A stretch of 64,000 nt of DNA, taken from the NCBI RefSeq assembly GCF_004765795.1, contig NZ_SBIV01000003.1:372001-436000 (forward strand), given 5' to 3'. Under the pieces are notes generated by a model, which did not search any database, was not told the DNA's origin, and saw only the letters and a program-made list of their open reading frames with translations. The DNA is from Halorussus marinus (GTDB lineage Archaea; Halobacteriota; Halobacteria; Halobacteriales; Haladaptataceae). This document shows positions 56,883 to 64,000 of this stretch, piece by piece. Within the stretch, counting starts at the first letter, position 1; every line of letters starts with the position of its first letter. The position numbers and the translations under genes are program-made.

Positions 56883-57860
56883 ATGAGCATCCAGCAGAAC
56901 TACGGCGGTATGACCGGCGTGCGGAAGGGCAACGAGGAAGCGCTGAAGGACATCGCTCCCGCGGATCTCTCGGGCGGCGTGATGCCGCGGGACCTCTTCA
57001 ACGAGTGGTACCAGCGGATCCAGGACACCAGCCAGCTGATGGGCATGGTCCGGACCGAGGTCCTGCCGCGGCCGAAGATGGAGATCGCCCGGATCGGCGT
57101 CGGCGAACGCATGCGGCGCGGCGCCGGCACCGAGGAAGGCACCAGCAACGGCAGTGCGGAGGTGAACACGGACGGCATCAAGATGGACGCCGAGAAGGGC
57201 GTGCTCGACTGGGACCTCCCCCAGGAGACTGTCGAGGACACGATCGGGCAGGTCGACGAGATCGTGCTCGACAAGATGAGCAACCAGTGGGCGGTCGACA
57301 CCCAGGACCTCGGCATCAACGGCGACGAAGACGACGCGTCGGGTGGTGACAGTCAGGCGTTCCTCAGTCAGAACGACGGCTGGCTGAAGATCCTCAACGA
57401 GCGCACCGACACGAACACCTACGACCACGCCGGCGGCGCGATCGACACGTCGCTGTTCCACGAGGCGCGGGCAGCGCTGCCGAACAAGTTCAAGCGGTCG
57501 GCGGCGGTGAACGAGCCCGTCTACATGATGAACCTCTCCCAGATCGAGGAGTGGGAGTTCGACCTCACCCAGCGTGAGGACCCGCTCGGCGCTGCCGTCA
57601 TCTTCAGCGACGACGATCTGACGCCGTTCAACTACGACGTCTACGGGTTCGCCGGCTGGCCCCAGGGTACGGCGCTGTTCACCTACCCGGAGAACCTCAT
57701 CTACGGCGTCTGGCGGCAGACCGAGGTCGAGGTGCTCGATCAGACGGACAAGACCGCGGAGAACGACCTGTTCGCGCGCTACTTCATGCGGACCCGCGAC
57801 GACTTCCAGGTCGAGGACGAGGAGGGCGCGGTCCTCATCAACAACGTCGCGACCGCCTGA
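56883..57860 (+). CDS. Major capsid protein (HK97 fold)
   Basis: Position after the protease; LSGGVMP, IGVGER, DLGINGD, QNDGWLK, PENLIYG. Confidence 0.9.
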   Translation: MSIQQNYGGMTGVRKGNEEALKDIAPADLSGGVMPRDLFNEWYQRIQDTSQLMGMVRTEVLPRPKMEIARIGVGERMRRGAGTEEGTSNGSAEVNTDGIKMDAEKGVLDWDLPQETVEDTIGQVDEIVLDKMSNQWAVDTQDLGINGDEDDASGGDSQAFLSQNDGWLKILNERTDTNTYDHAGGAIDTSLFHEARAALPNKFKRSAAVNEPVYMMNLSQIEEWEFDLTQREDPLGAAVIFSDDDLTPFNYDVYGFAGWPQGTALFTYPENLIYGVWRQTEVEVLDQTDKTAENDLFARYFMRTRDDFQVEDEEGAVLINNVATA

Positions 57861-57871
57861 GGTGGCTCGCC

Positions 57872-58240
57872 ATGACACGAGTCACGTACACGGCTGACGG
57901 CGGCCACTACCGGGTCGGCGGCGTCGGCTTCGACCCCGGCGACACCAAGGACGTCGACGGCGAGCTCGCCGACTACCTCCGCGACCACGAGGACTTCGAC
58001 GTGGTCGAGGACGCCGCTGACGAAGTGGGCGAGACATCCGACCTCGGCGACGGTGCGGTAGAGGTCGAACCGCCGTTCGATCCATCCGACCAGACCGTCG
58101 ACGAACTCAGCGAACGCGTCGAGGACATCGACGATGTCGACCTCCTCGATGCACTCTACCACGCCGAGGACACGGGGAAGTCTCGGACAACGGCACTCGA
58201 GACCATCAGTTCGCGCTACTACGACGAGCTGGAGGGCTGA
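57872..58240 (+). CDS. Head-associated protein with C-terminal HeH/Rho-N-like helices
   Basis: FDPSDQTVDEL...AEDTGKSRTTALETI; follows the capsid gene. Confidence 0.65.
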   Translation: MTRVTYTADGGHYRVGGVGFDPGDTKDVDGELADYLRDHEDFDVVEDAADEVGETSDLGDGAVEVEPPFDPSDQTVDELSERVEDIDDVDLLDALYHAEDTGKSRTTALETISSRYYDELEG

Positions 58241-58243
58241 CCC

Positions 58244-58537
58244 ATGCCCACTGAAGAGGCGACGATCGACATCGAAACCGCTGGCAACGCCGTCAGCCTC
58301 CGGCTGCTCGGCGCCAACATCGTCGACATCCACATCCGCGGCGACGCTGCGGCGGACTACGAGGTCGACGTCCGGCAGAACGGCGGCGACTGGATCCAGG
58401 GTGTCCGGTCGGGCTACTCTGGGAGCGCGGACTACGACGACGTCGTCGAGACCGGCGCCGAGGAGATCCGCGTCCGCTGTTCGAGTGGAACCGGCACGGC
58501 TGGAGACATGGCGACGATCACGCTGCTGGCGAGCTGA
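58244..58537 (+). CDS. Small beta-rich virion protein (possible decoration protein)
   Basis: Alternating beta-strand pattern; position in head module. Confidence 0.6.
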   Translation: MPTEEATIDIETAGNAVSLRLLGANIVDIHIRGDAAADYEVDVRQNGGDWIQGVRSGYSGSADYDDVVETGAEEIRVRCSSGTGTAGDMATITLLAS

Positions 58538-58552
58538 CCGCGGTGATCTCTT

Positions 58553-59296
58553 ATGCCTAAAGGCTACTGCACGCTCGAGGACCTCCGCCGCGCGCTCCAG
58601 GAGGCAGAGCTCCCCGGCGACATCAGTCAGGACCAGCAGCTCGCCGTCGACGCGATCGCCGCCCAGACCGAGCCACTGGAGAAGAGTCTGAAGCGCCACT
58701 GGTACGCGCCGACCGGCGCCACCATCCTCGACGAGGCCTCGGCGATCGACATCCCGACCGCGTCGAAGACCAGAGACGACGAGGAAGACATCCCGACCAG
58801 TGGTGCGTTCATCGTCGACGAGAGCGGGCCGTCGCCGAAGACCTCGCAGGGATCGTACACGGCGATCGAGCTCGCACGCCGCGACGCCGAGTCCGTCTCC
58901 GAGCTGCTCGTCCGCACTGCGGATGGGAGCTTCGAGGACTGGACCGTCGAGTACGAGGGCGGGTCGTGGCCAGACGCGGTCGGCGACGACTACTACCTCC
59001 GCGTGAACAACGGCGGCTGGAGCCGGCTCTACCTCGACACGGACAACCTCCTCGAGGACGGCGAGGACGACGAGTACGTCCTGAAGTCGTTCGCGAACGC
59101 GGTGTACGTGTCCTACTCGTACGGCCACGAAGGGATCCCGCGGAACGTTCGCCGGGCGGTTGCGTTCCGTGCTGCGAGTGACTTCGTCGATGAGGCCGCG
59201 GTCCAGATCCCGGAGAACGCTCGGGTTCGGTCGGTCGAGTCGCTGGCTGAGGAGTTCGAGCGGAAGGCCGACGAGCTCCTGGAGGTCTACCAGTAA
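58553..59296 (+). CDS. Head-tail adaptor protein
   Basis: GYCTLEDL N-terminus; V.YSYGHEGIP.NVRRAVA C-terminus. Confidence 0.8.
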   Translation: MPKGYCTLEDLRRALQEAELPGDISQDQQLAVDAIAAQTEPLEKSLKRHWYAPTGATILDEASAIDIPTASKTRDDEEDIPTSGAFIVDESGPSPKTSQGSYTAIELARRDAESVSELLVRTADGSFEDWTVEYEGGSWPDAVGDDYYLRVNNGGWSRLYLDTDNLLEDGEDDEYVLKSFANAVYVSYSYGHEGIPRNVRRAVAFRAASDFVDEAAVQIPENARVRSVESLAEEFERKADELLEVYQ

Positions 59297-59300
59297 TGGC

Positions 59301-59543
59301 CTACAACGTTGTTTTCGGCTTGTCTTCGTCGTACACAACGATGTTCTGCACTTTCCAAGGAGGGAAGAAGTTTCGCCGTTCTTCCTCGTCGTTGGGGTCT
59401 CGACATTCCACCCAGCCGTTCTCAAGTAGCCGGATTTCCGAGAACTTCATCGTAGTGAATCCTTTCTCGGACTCTTCGAGTTCAAGCTCGACACTCACGC
59501 CGTGGTCTGCCTTCCGGATTACTCGGGGCATGTCTTCGGACAT
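59301..59543 (-). CDS. Antisense moron, 80-aa hypothetical protein
   Basis: AT-richer; TTTATC box ~26-31 nt upstream of ATG 59543. Confidence 0.65.
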   Translation of the reverse strand: MSEDMPRVIRKADHGVSVELELEESEKGFTTMKFSEIRLLENGWVECRDPNDEEERRNFFPPWKVQNIVVYDEDKPKTTL

Positions 59544-59591
59544 CACTGGAGAGGTGTCAGCCACCCCGGATAAATGTAGGGGCCTCAATAC

Positions 59592-60047
59592 ATGAATCTC
59601 GACAGCAGCTTCGAGGACGATCTCCGCGAGGCCGTCCTGGACGAGGCCGAACACGAACTCATAGGGCAATCGGACAACCTCGTCCATCAATTCGTCCAGG
59701 ACGTCCACGACCAGCTACGAGCGTACGGCAGCCAGTACGACTACAACGTCGAGCCGATCATCGAGAGCCTCGGCGAACCCCAAGTCGACCGCTCCGAGAA
59801 CTCGCTCTCGATCCGAGTCGGCTGGGAGCACGAGGCCTCGGTCTACTTCGAGTTCGGGACCAGCGACCACACCGTTGAGGGCGATCCCCTGCTCGTCTTC
59901 GAGTTCGACCCCGCCGAGTACCCCTACCTGGCCGAGATGTTCCCCGACGGAACCGCGTTCCTGCCACAGACCCATCCCAGCGGGCTGCCTGAGTCGCGGG
60001 CGGTTCGGGATGCACTCAACGAGCTCCGGAGGGAGATGCAGCGATGA
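59592..60047 (+). CDS. Neck/tail completion protein (HK97 gp10-like)
   Basis: ASVYFEFGT motif; RAVRDAL. Confidence 0.75.
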   Translation: MNLDSSFEDDLREAVLDEAEHELIGQSDNLVHQFVQDVHDQLRAYGSQYDYNVEPIIESLGEPQVDRSENSLSIRVGWEHEASVYFEFGTSDHTVEGDPLLVFEFDPAEYPYLAEMFPDGTAFLPQTHPSGLPESRAVRDALNELRREMQR

Positions 60048-60544
60048 GTAGTCCGGAAGTTGACTGGGTGCTCGCCCAGCTGGGCAGTGTCGTCGGCTCG
60101 CTGACCGTCCCGCTGCGCCGCGTCGATCGCGACGAGAGCACCATCCTCGACGGCGACATCCGGTCGCGGACCGAGGACCTCCAGCAAGCGAACTACGTCG
60201 GCGCCACGCTCGCGGACGTCGCGACCGAGCCGCGGGGCGCCGAGTACAACCTCTCCCGCGAGGCCGTGGTCGGCGTCCGCATCGAGGGCCTCAACCACAG
60301 CGAATGGGGCCACGTCGATCCGGACGGCAGCGAGGGCATCGTCTGGCAGAACGGTGACACCGGCCTCGTCGATCGGATCCGGAGCACCCTGCTCGCCGAG
60401 CGCACCTGGCCGGACGCCGGCGGGACCGACGTCTCGTACACGCATCTGGAGGTGGCGAACCAAGCGCCGCAGTCGGAGCTGTATGCGGACTACTACCGCT
60501 ACGATTTCGACGTCGTCTTTGACGGCTACGAGGACTTATCATGA
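60044..60544 (+). CDS. Putative tail terminator
   Basis: Position before the tube gene; ATGA overlap; C-terminal beta strand YYRYDFDVVF. Confidence 0.6.
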   Translation: MSSPEVDWVLAQLGSVVGSLTVPLRRVDRDESTILDGDIRSRTEDLQQANYVGATLADVATEPRGAEYNLSREAVVGVRIEGLNHSEWGHVDPDGSEGIVWQNGDTGLVDRIRSTLLAERTWPDAGGTDVSYTHLEVANQAPQSELYADYYRYDFDVVFDGYEDLS

Positions 60545-60590
60545 CCAGTACAGACCGCAGTATTCCACCTGACGATGGAGGTACCGACCG

Positions 60591-61508
60591 ATGACCGGCG
60601 CGGGCAGTGGCGAACTCATCTTCGGCCACGAGGACTCGTTCCTCGGCTCGCTCGTCGACAGCAACAGCGACGGCACGCCCGACCTCTTCGACTTTGGCCG
60701 GAACGCCGAGCTCACCGAACTTTCGCTGGACAACCAACTCCAGCGGCTCCGCGAAGCCGGCGAGGTCGAGGCGGCCGAGAGCATCAAGCAGAACTTCGAG
60801 GGCGCCGTCGGCGTCACCGCCGTCGTGTCTAGCGACACGTTCAACGAGGTTGAGAAGCTCGTGTTCAACGACGGCGGCACCGGCTTCACGCCCGGGCTCG
60901 CCGCGTCCGGCCGCGTGTTCACCAACGTCCAGTACCCGACAGGGACTGCCGAGCGCGAACTGCTCGGCGTCATCCCGATCGACTTCAGCATCGACTACGA
61001 ACAGGGCGGGATGGTCTCGTACAGCCTGACGATGGCGTACGCCGACGAGCAGCCCGGATCGTCAGTCGACCTGACCACGGCGACCCGAGTCAACGACGGG
61101 ACGTCGGCGCCATTCCACGGGTTCACCCTCACTATCGACGGAACGAGCATCGAGGACCTCCAGTCGTGCTCGCTGTCGATCAGCGAGATCGCGCGCTTCC
61201 AGCGCGGCACGGATCCGACGCCGCTCCGAGCCGTGATCGCGAACCCGTCGACGACGCTCGACGCGACCGCGACGTTCACGTCACCGTCGCGGCTGGAGCT
61301 AGCTCGCGGCGCGGCGAATGGCCCGCCGCCCGACCAGCTGGACAGCGTCACCGGCACGGTCGAAATCGCCGTCGAGGGCTCCACGGTCTCGACGTACGAT
61401 CTCCCGAAGCTGAAGCCGGATTCGTACAACTGGGATAGCGTGATCACGCCGGACGACACGACAGACAGCACGACGTTCCACGTCAACGGCGGGGTGACGG
61501 TCGCATGA
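60591..61508 (+). CDS. Tail tube (major tail) protein
   Basis: Beta-rich, acidic and Thr-rich; GGAGGT SD; precedes the chaperone; no sheath gene seen. Confidence 0.75.
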   Translation: MTGAGSGELIFGHEDSFLGSLVDSNSDGTPDLFDFGRNAELTELSLDNQLQRLREAGEVEAAESIKQNFEGAVGVTAVVSSDTFNEVEKLVFNDGGTGFTPGLAASGRVFTNVQYPTGTAERELLGVIPIDFSIDYEQGGMVSYSLTMAYADEQPGSSVDLTTATRVNDGTSAPFHGFTLTIDGTSIEDLQSCSLSISEIARFQRGTDPTPLRAVIANPSTTLDATATFTSPSRLELARGAANGPPPDQLDSVTGTVEIAVEGSTVSTYDLPKLKPDSYNWDSVITPDDTTDSTTFHVNGGVTVA

Positions 61509-62038
61509 CGTTCAACGAGACGCACTTCGACTTCGACGACGAGGTTGACCGCCTCGAGGATCGGATTCAGGAGCTCACCGAGGCGCTCGCGGACATCGAC
61601 GACGACAGCCCGCAGGCCCAGCAGTTGGCTTCCCAGAAGCAGGAACTCGCCGCCCAGAAGAAGGGCGTGCTGTGGGCGCGTGGCTTCCCCGAAGACGACG
61701 ACCGCGAGGGCGCGTTCGAGAGCGACGACTTCCCGATGTGGGACGAGGACGTCGACGGCGTCACGCTCGGCGCGGTCCGGGCGAACGTCTACGGCAACAT
61801 CCAGAACGACCTGGAGAGCGACCCGAACGCCGGCGGCGGTACGTCGGCCACGCTACTCGTCGCCGAAGGGACGGTCGAGGCACCATATATTGACGACAGC
61901 ATGACCGACGCACAGCACGCAGGCGTCGTCGGCCAGCTGCATCCGTTCTACCGGAAGTGGGCGGAGGCCCGCATCAGCGAACTCCTGGATCCCGAGGTGG
62001 GAAACGGGAGGTACTCCGCGACCTCGCCCGCGGAGTAG
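61505..62038 (+). CDS. Tail assembly chaperone (gpG equivalent)
   Basis: Between tube and tape measure genes; slippery site near the 3' end. Confidence 0.8.
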   Translation: MTFNETHFDFDDEVDRLEDRIQELTEALADIDDDSPQAQQLASQKQELAAQKKGVLWARGFPEDDDREGAFESDDFPMWDEDVDGVTLGAVRANVYGNIQNDLESDPNAGGGTSATLLVAEGTVEAPYIDDSMTDAQHAGVVGQLHPFYRKWAEARISELLDPEVGNGRYSATSPAE

Positions 62039-62069
62039 CGACCCGGGAGGACGTCTCGCGGCGCGAGGT
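61999..62069 (+). other. Programmed -1 ribosomal frameshift signal (G GGA AAC plus stem-loop/pseudoknot)
   Basis: Heptamer 61999-62005 in X XXY YYZ phase; 6-nt spacer; TACTCCGCG/CGCGGAGTA stem; loop ACCTCGC complementary to GCGAGGT at 62063-62069. Confidence 0.8.
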
Positions 62070-62217
62070 GTACCGGTACGCGAAGTCGGCGTACATCGAT
62101 CGTGGCGGTAGCCCCCGGGTCTTCGATGAGATGACGTGGGCGGAGATCGAGGACTGGATCGCGATCCACGACATCATGGACGCTCGGCAGTCGTTCGGCG
62201 GGGTCCCCGATGAGTAG
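62005..62217 (+). CDS. -1 frame extension of the tail chaperone (gpT equivalent)
   Basis: Open -1 frame with no good independent start; GSPRVFDEMTWAEIEDW resembles gpT-like segments. Confidence 0.75.
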   Translation, partial: REVLRDLARGVATREDVSRREVYRYAKSAYIDRGGSPRVFDEMTWAEIEDWIAIHDIMDARQSFGGVPDE

Positions 62218-62258
62218 CTGGCCCTAAATTTAAGCGGGCAGAGACAAACAGCCAAGCA

Positions 62259-62636
62259 ATGAGCCTCAGCAGGACCCTCCCCGCAGTTGCTCTTGTCTTG
62301 ATACTGCTCGTTGCAGGGTGTGCCGGGACGGGGACATCAGCGCCGGAAACGACAGAAACCGAAACCGTGGCTGAATTGCCGCTCCGGACGTGGAGCGTGA
62401 CTCAGGACACAACTGATAACGGTAGCACCATCGAAATATCGGGGATGGTCCTTAACACGGGCGAGGAGTCCGTCAGTGGGACGATGGAGGTCGCCCTGCT
62501 GAACGAATCGTCACCCGTGGCAACGCGGACGCTCGAGCTGGAAGACGTTTCACCGGAGGAGCAAGTCGAATTCTCGGTTGAATTCGACATCAACGCGACC
62601 GAAGTCGACGGCCGTCGCATCTCCTTCAGCAGATAA
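62259..62636 (+). CDS. Lipoprotein moron with Ig-like/FxLYD-like beta domain
   Basis: LVAGC lipobox; ISGMVLNTG; TTTAAG box at 62229-62234; lower GC. Confidence 0.75.
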   Translation: MSLSRTLPAVALVLILLVAGCAGTGTSAPETTETETVAELPLRTWSVTQDTTDNGSTIEISGMVLNTGEESVSGTMEVALLNESSPVATRTLELEDVSPEEQVEFSVEFDINATEVDGRRISFSR

Positions 62637-62647
62637 CCGCTATTCAT

Positions 62648-63880
62648 ATGACCGAATTCAGTACAGCAGCACTCCTTGAGGCAGAGGTATCGTCAGCCAG
62701 CCTTCGAGCGGCCCGTGACGACATCGAGTCCGAGCTCGAGAACGCTCTGACTGTCGACGTGAACGCCTCGGCCCAGCTCGCAAACGACGGGGGTGGCGAG
62801 CGGGCTTCGCGGGAGCGGGCGATGTCCCGTCAACTGCTCGACTCTCAGACTGAATCTCTCTCGGAGATCCAGGAGGATCTAGAGGAGCCGCCAGTACTCG
62901 ACGAGTGGGAGATCGAGCACGACCTCAGCCGGACTCGGAACGATTTGCTCCGGAACATGAATGATTCTATCGAGAAAGGCAACCTCTCCAGCCGGGGCGG
63001 AGGCGGTGGTAGCCTGCTGGGGTCGATCGGCGGCGTTCTATCGGTATCCTCACTTCTCGGATCCGTCAGTATCGGAGTTGGGTCGCTGATCGCTTCTCGG
63101 GCGAGTCTCGAAGCATCGGATCTGATCAAGGATGCAGTGTCAATCGGTGAGGGCGCAGTCATCGAAGAAGGAGCGGACATCAGTGCCGCCGCGTTGGTTG
63201 CAAGCGGAGCGACGATCGCCGCGTCTGCGCTTATCGAAAACCCGCTCGGACTACAGGTGAGCGATCTCATCGAGGACGCTGTTGAACTCGTGCCAAGCGA
63301 CCTCATCAGCGAGAAAGCCGACCCTCGCGGTGGGTCCGGCCCCACCAGCGATGGATCGGGGGCGATCGACCCGAGCACGATCGCCGGCGGAGCAGCCCTC
63401 GGCGCCGGCGGTGGGATCGCCGCCTGGCTCGCCAGACAGGGCGGCGCCAGCTCCCTGATCGGCGGCGCCGGCGCGGGCGGAGCCGCCGGCGTCGGCATGC
63501 CCATCCTCACTCCCGAGATGCTCCCCGAAGGGAGTGCGCTGCGGACGAACCCGCGGACGGGCGAGTCGGCGCCGCCGTCGATCCTCACCGAGCAGGGCCG
63601 CAAGGAGCGACTCGGCCCGATCGTCGACTTCATCACCGGCATCGCCGGCGGCGGCAGCGACGGCAAGGGCTCGACGTCCGGGTCGCAGGGATCGACGTCG
63701 TCGAACCAGGCCCGGGACCGCAAGCGGGCCCGTCAAGAGATTACGTACTCGCCGACGTTCAAGCTGGACACGACCGAGCTGGAGCGACGGCAGCGCCAGG
63801 AGCTCCGGAAGCTCGAGCGCCGCATCCAAGAGCTGGAGAACGGCCTTACAGGCGGCAGCGGCGGCCTTCCCGGCCGATAG
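62648..63880 (+). CDS. Short tape measure-like protein
   Basis: Position after the chaperone; helical N-terminus, A/G/S-rich middle, ITYSPTF plus coiled-coil C-terminus. Confidence 0.6.
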   Translation: MTEFSTAALLEAEVSSASLRAARDDIESELENALTVDVNASAQLANDGGGERASRERAMSRQLLDSQTESLSEIQEDLEEPPVLDEWEIEHDLSRTRNDLLRNMNDSIEKGNLSSRGGGGGSLLGSIGGVLSVSSLLGSVSIGVGSLIASRASLEASDLIKDAVSIGEGAVIEEGADISAAALVASGATIAASALIENPLGLQVSDLIEDAVELVPSDLISEKADPRGGSGPTSDGSGAIDPSTIAGGAALGAGGGIAAWLARQGGASSLIGGAGAGGAAGVGMPILTPEMLPEGSALRTNPRTGESAPPSILTEQGRKERLGPIVDFITGIAGGGSDGKGSTSGSQGSTSSNQARDRKRARQEITYSPTFKLDTTELERRQRQELRKLERRIQELENGLTGGSGGLPGR

Positions 63881-63928
63881 CTGGCCGTTCTAGCCACCCC
63901 GTGATTCCGTTTTCAGTACTAATCATCC

Positions 63929-64000
63929 ATGAGTAGCTACGACAAAGCCAAGCTGACACTCCCGCCGTGCGACCCCGCAAACTCGGGGAACGACGTCACT
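63929..64000 (+). CDS. Partial ORF, probable distal tail protein (truncated by window)
   Basis: ATG AGT AGC TAC... open to the window end; position after the tape measure gene. Confidence 0.45.
   Translation, partial: MSSYDKAKLTLPPCDPANSGNDVT

Larger units (their letters stand above)
45496..64000 (+). mobile_element. Head-tail (Caudoviricetes) provirus, apparently integrated at tRNA-Met; continues beyond right edge
   Basis: Replication gene, terminase, portal, protease, capsid, neck, tail tube, chaperone and tape measure genes in canonical order, starting right after the tRNA; integrase and attR not in window. Confidence 0.9.

Noticed and set aside
59544..59708. N-terminal extension of the antisense ORF 59301-59708
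   Set aside because: Overlaps the gp10-like gene; TATA position supports a start at 59543.
1..64000. CRISPR array, rRNA or IS transposase
   Set aside because: No regularly spaced repeat-spacer units, rRNA-like sequence or transposase motifs seen.
45532..64000. Gene transfer agent interpretation of the head-tail cluster
   Set aside because: Its own replication protein, tRNA-adjacent position and morons fit a provirus better; the missing integrase is probably beyond the window.

Overview
High-GC haloarchaeal (Halobacteria) chromosomal segment with an integrated element at each end. (1) Positions 1-~3840 are the AT-richer end of an element inserted at the 3' end of tRNA-Gly(CCC). It carries a tyrosine integrase, a GIY-YIG nuclease and a PD-(D/E)XK-like nuclease, which look like defence cargo. 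(2) Positions ~4000-45300 are core genome: nadE, tRNA-Thr, transporters, dgoD, trkA, tfs, guaAb-pyrG, pspA, nurA and trm56. This stretch includes a nirK/qNor NO-respiration cluster (13.3-25.3 kb) with ten copies of a CGAA-N4-TTCG palindrome, seven of them 39-41 nt from a start codon. (3) From the intron-containing tRNA-Met(CAT) (45381-45531) to the window end lies a head-tail provirus. Its most unusual parts are a 1253-aa AEP-primase/XPD-DinG-like helicase/HTH replication protein, three membrane genes upstream of the terminase (possible egress cassette), an HhH-fused small terminase and a portal with a C-terminal KTSC domain. It also has a tail chaperone gene with a G_GGA_AAC -1 frameshift site followed by a predicted RNA pseudoknot, and two moron genes with their own promoters. 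All calls rest on motif recognition by eye; no database searches were run.
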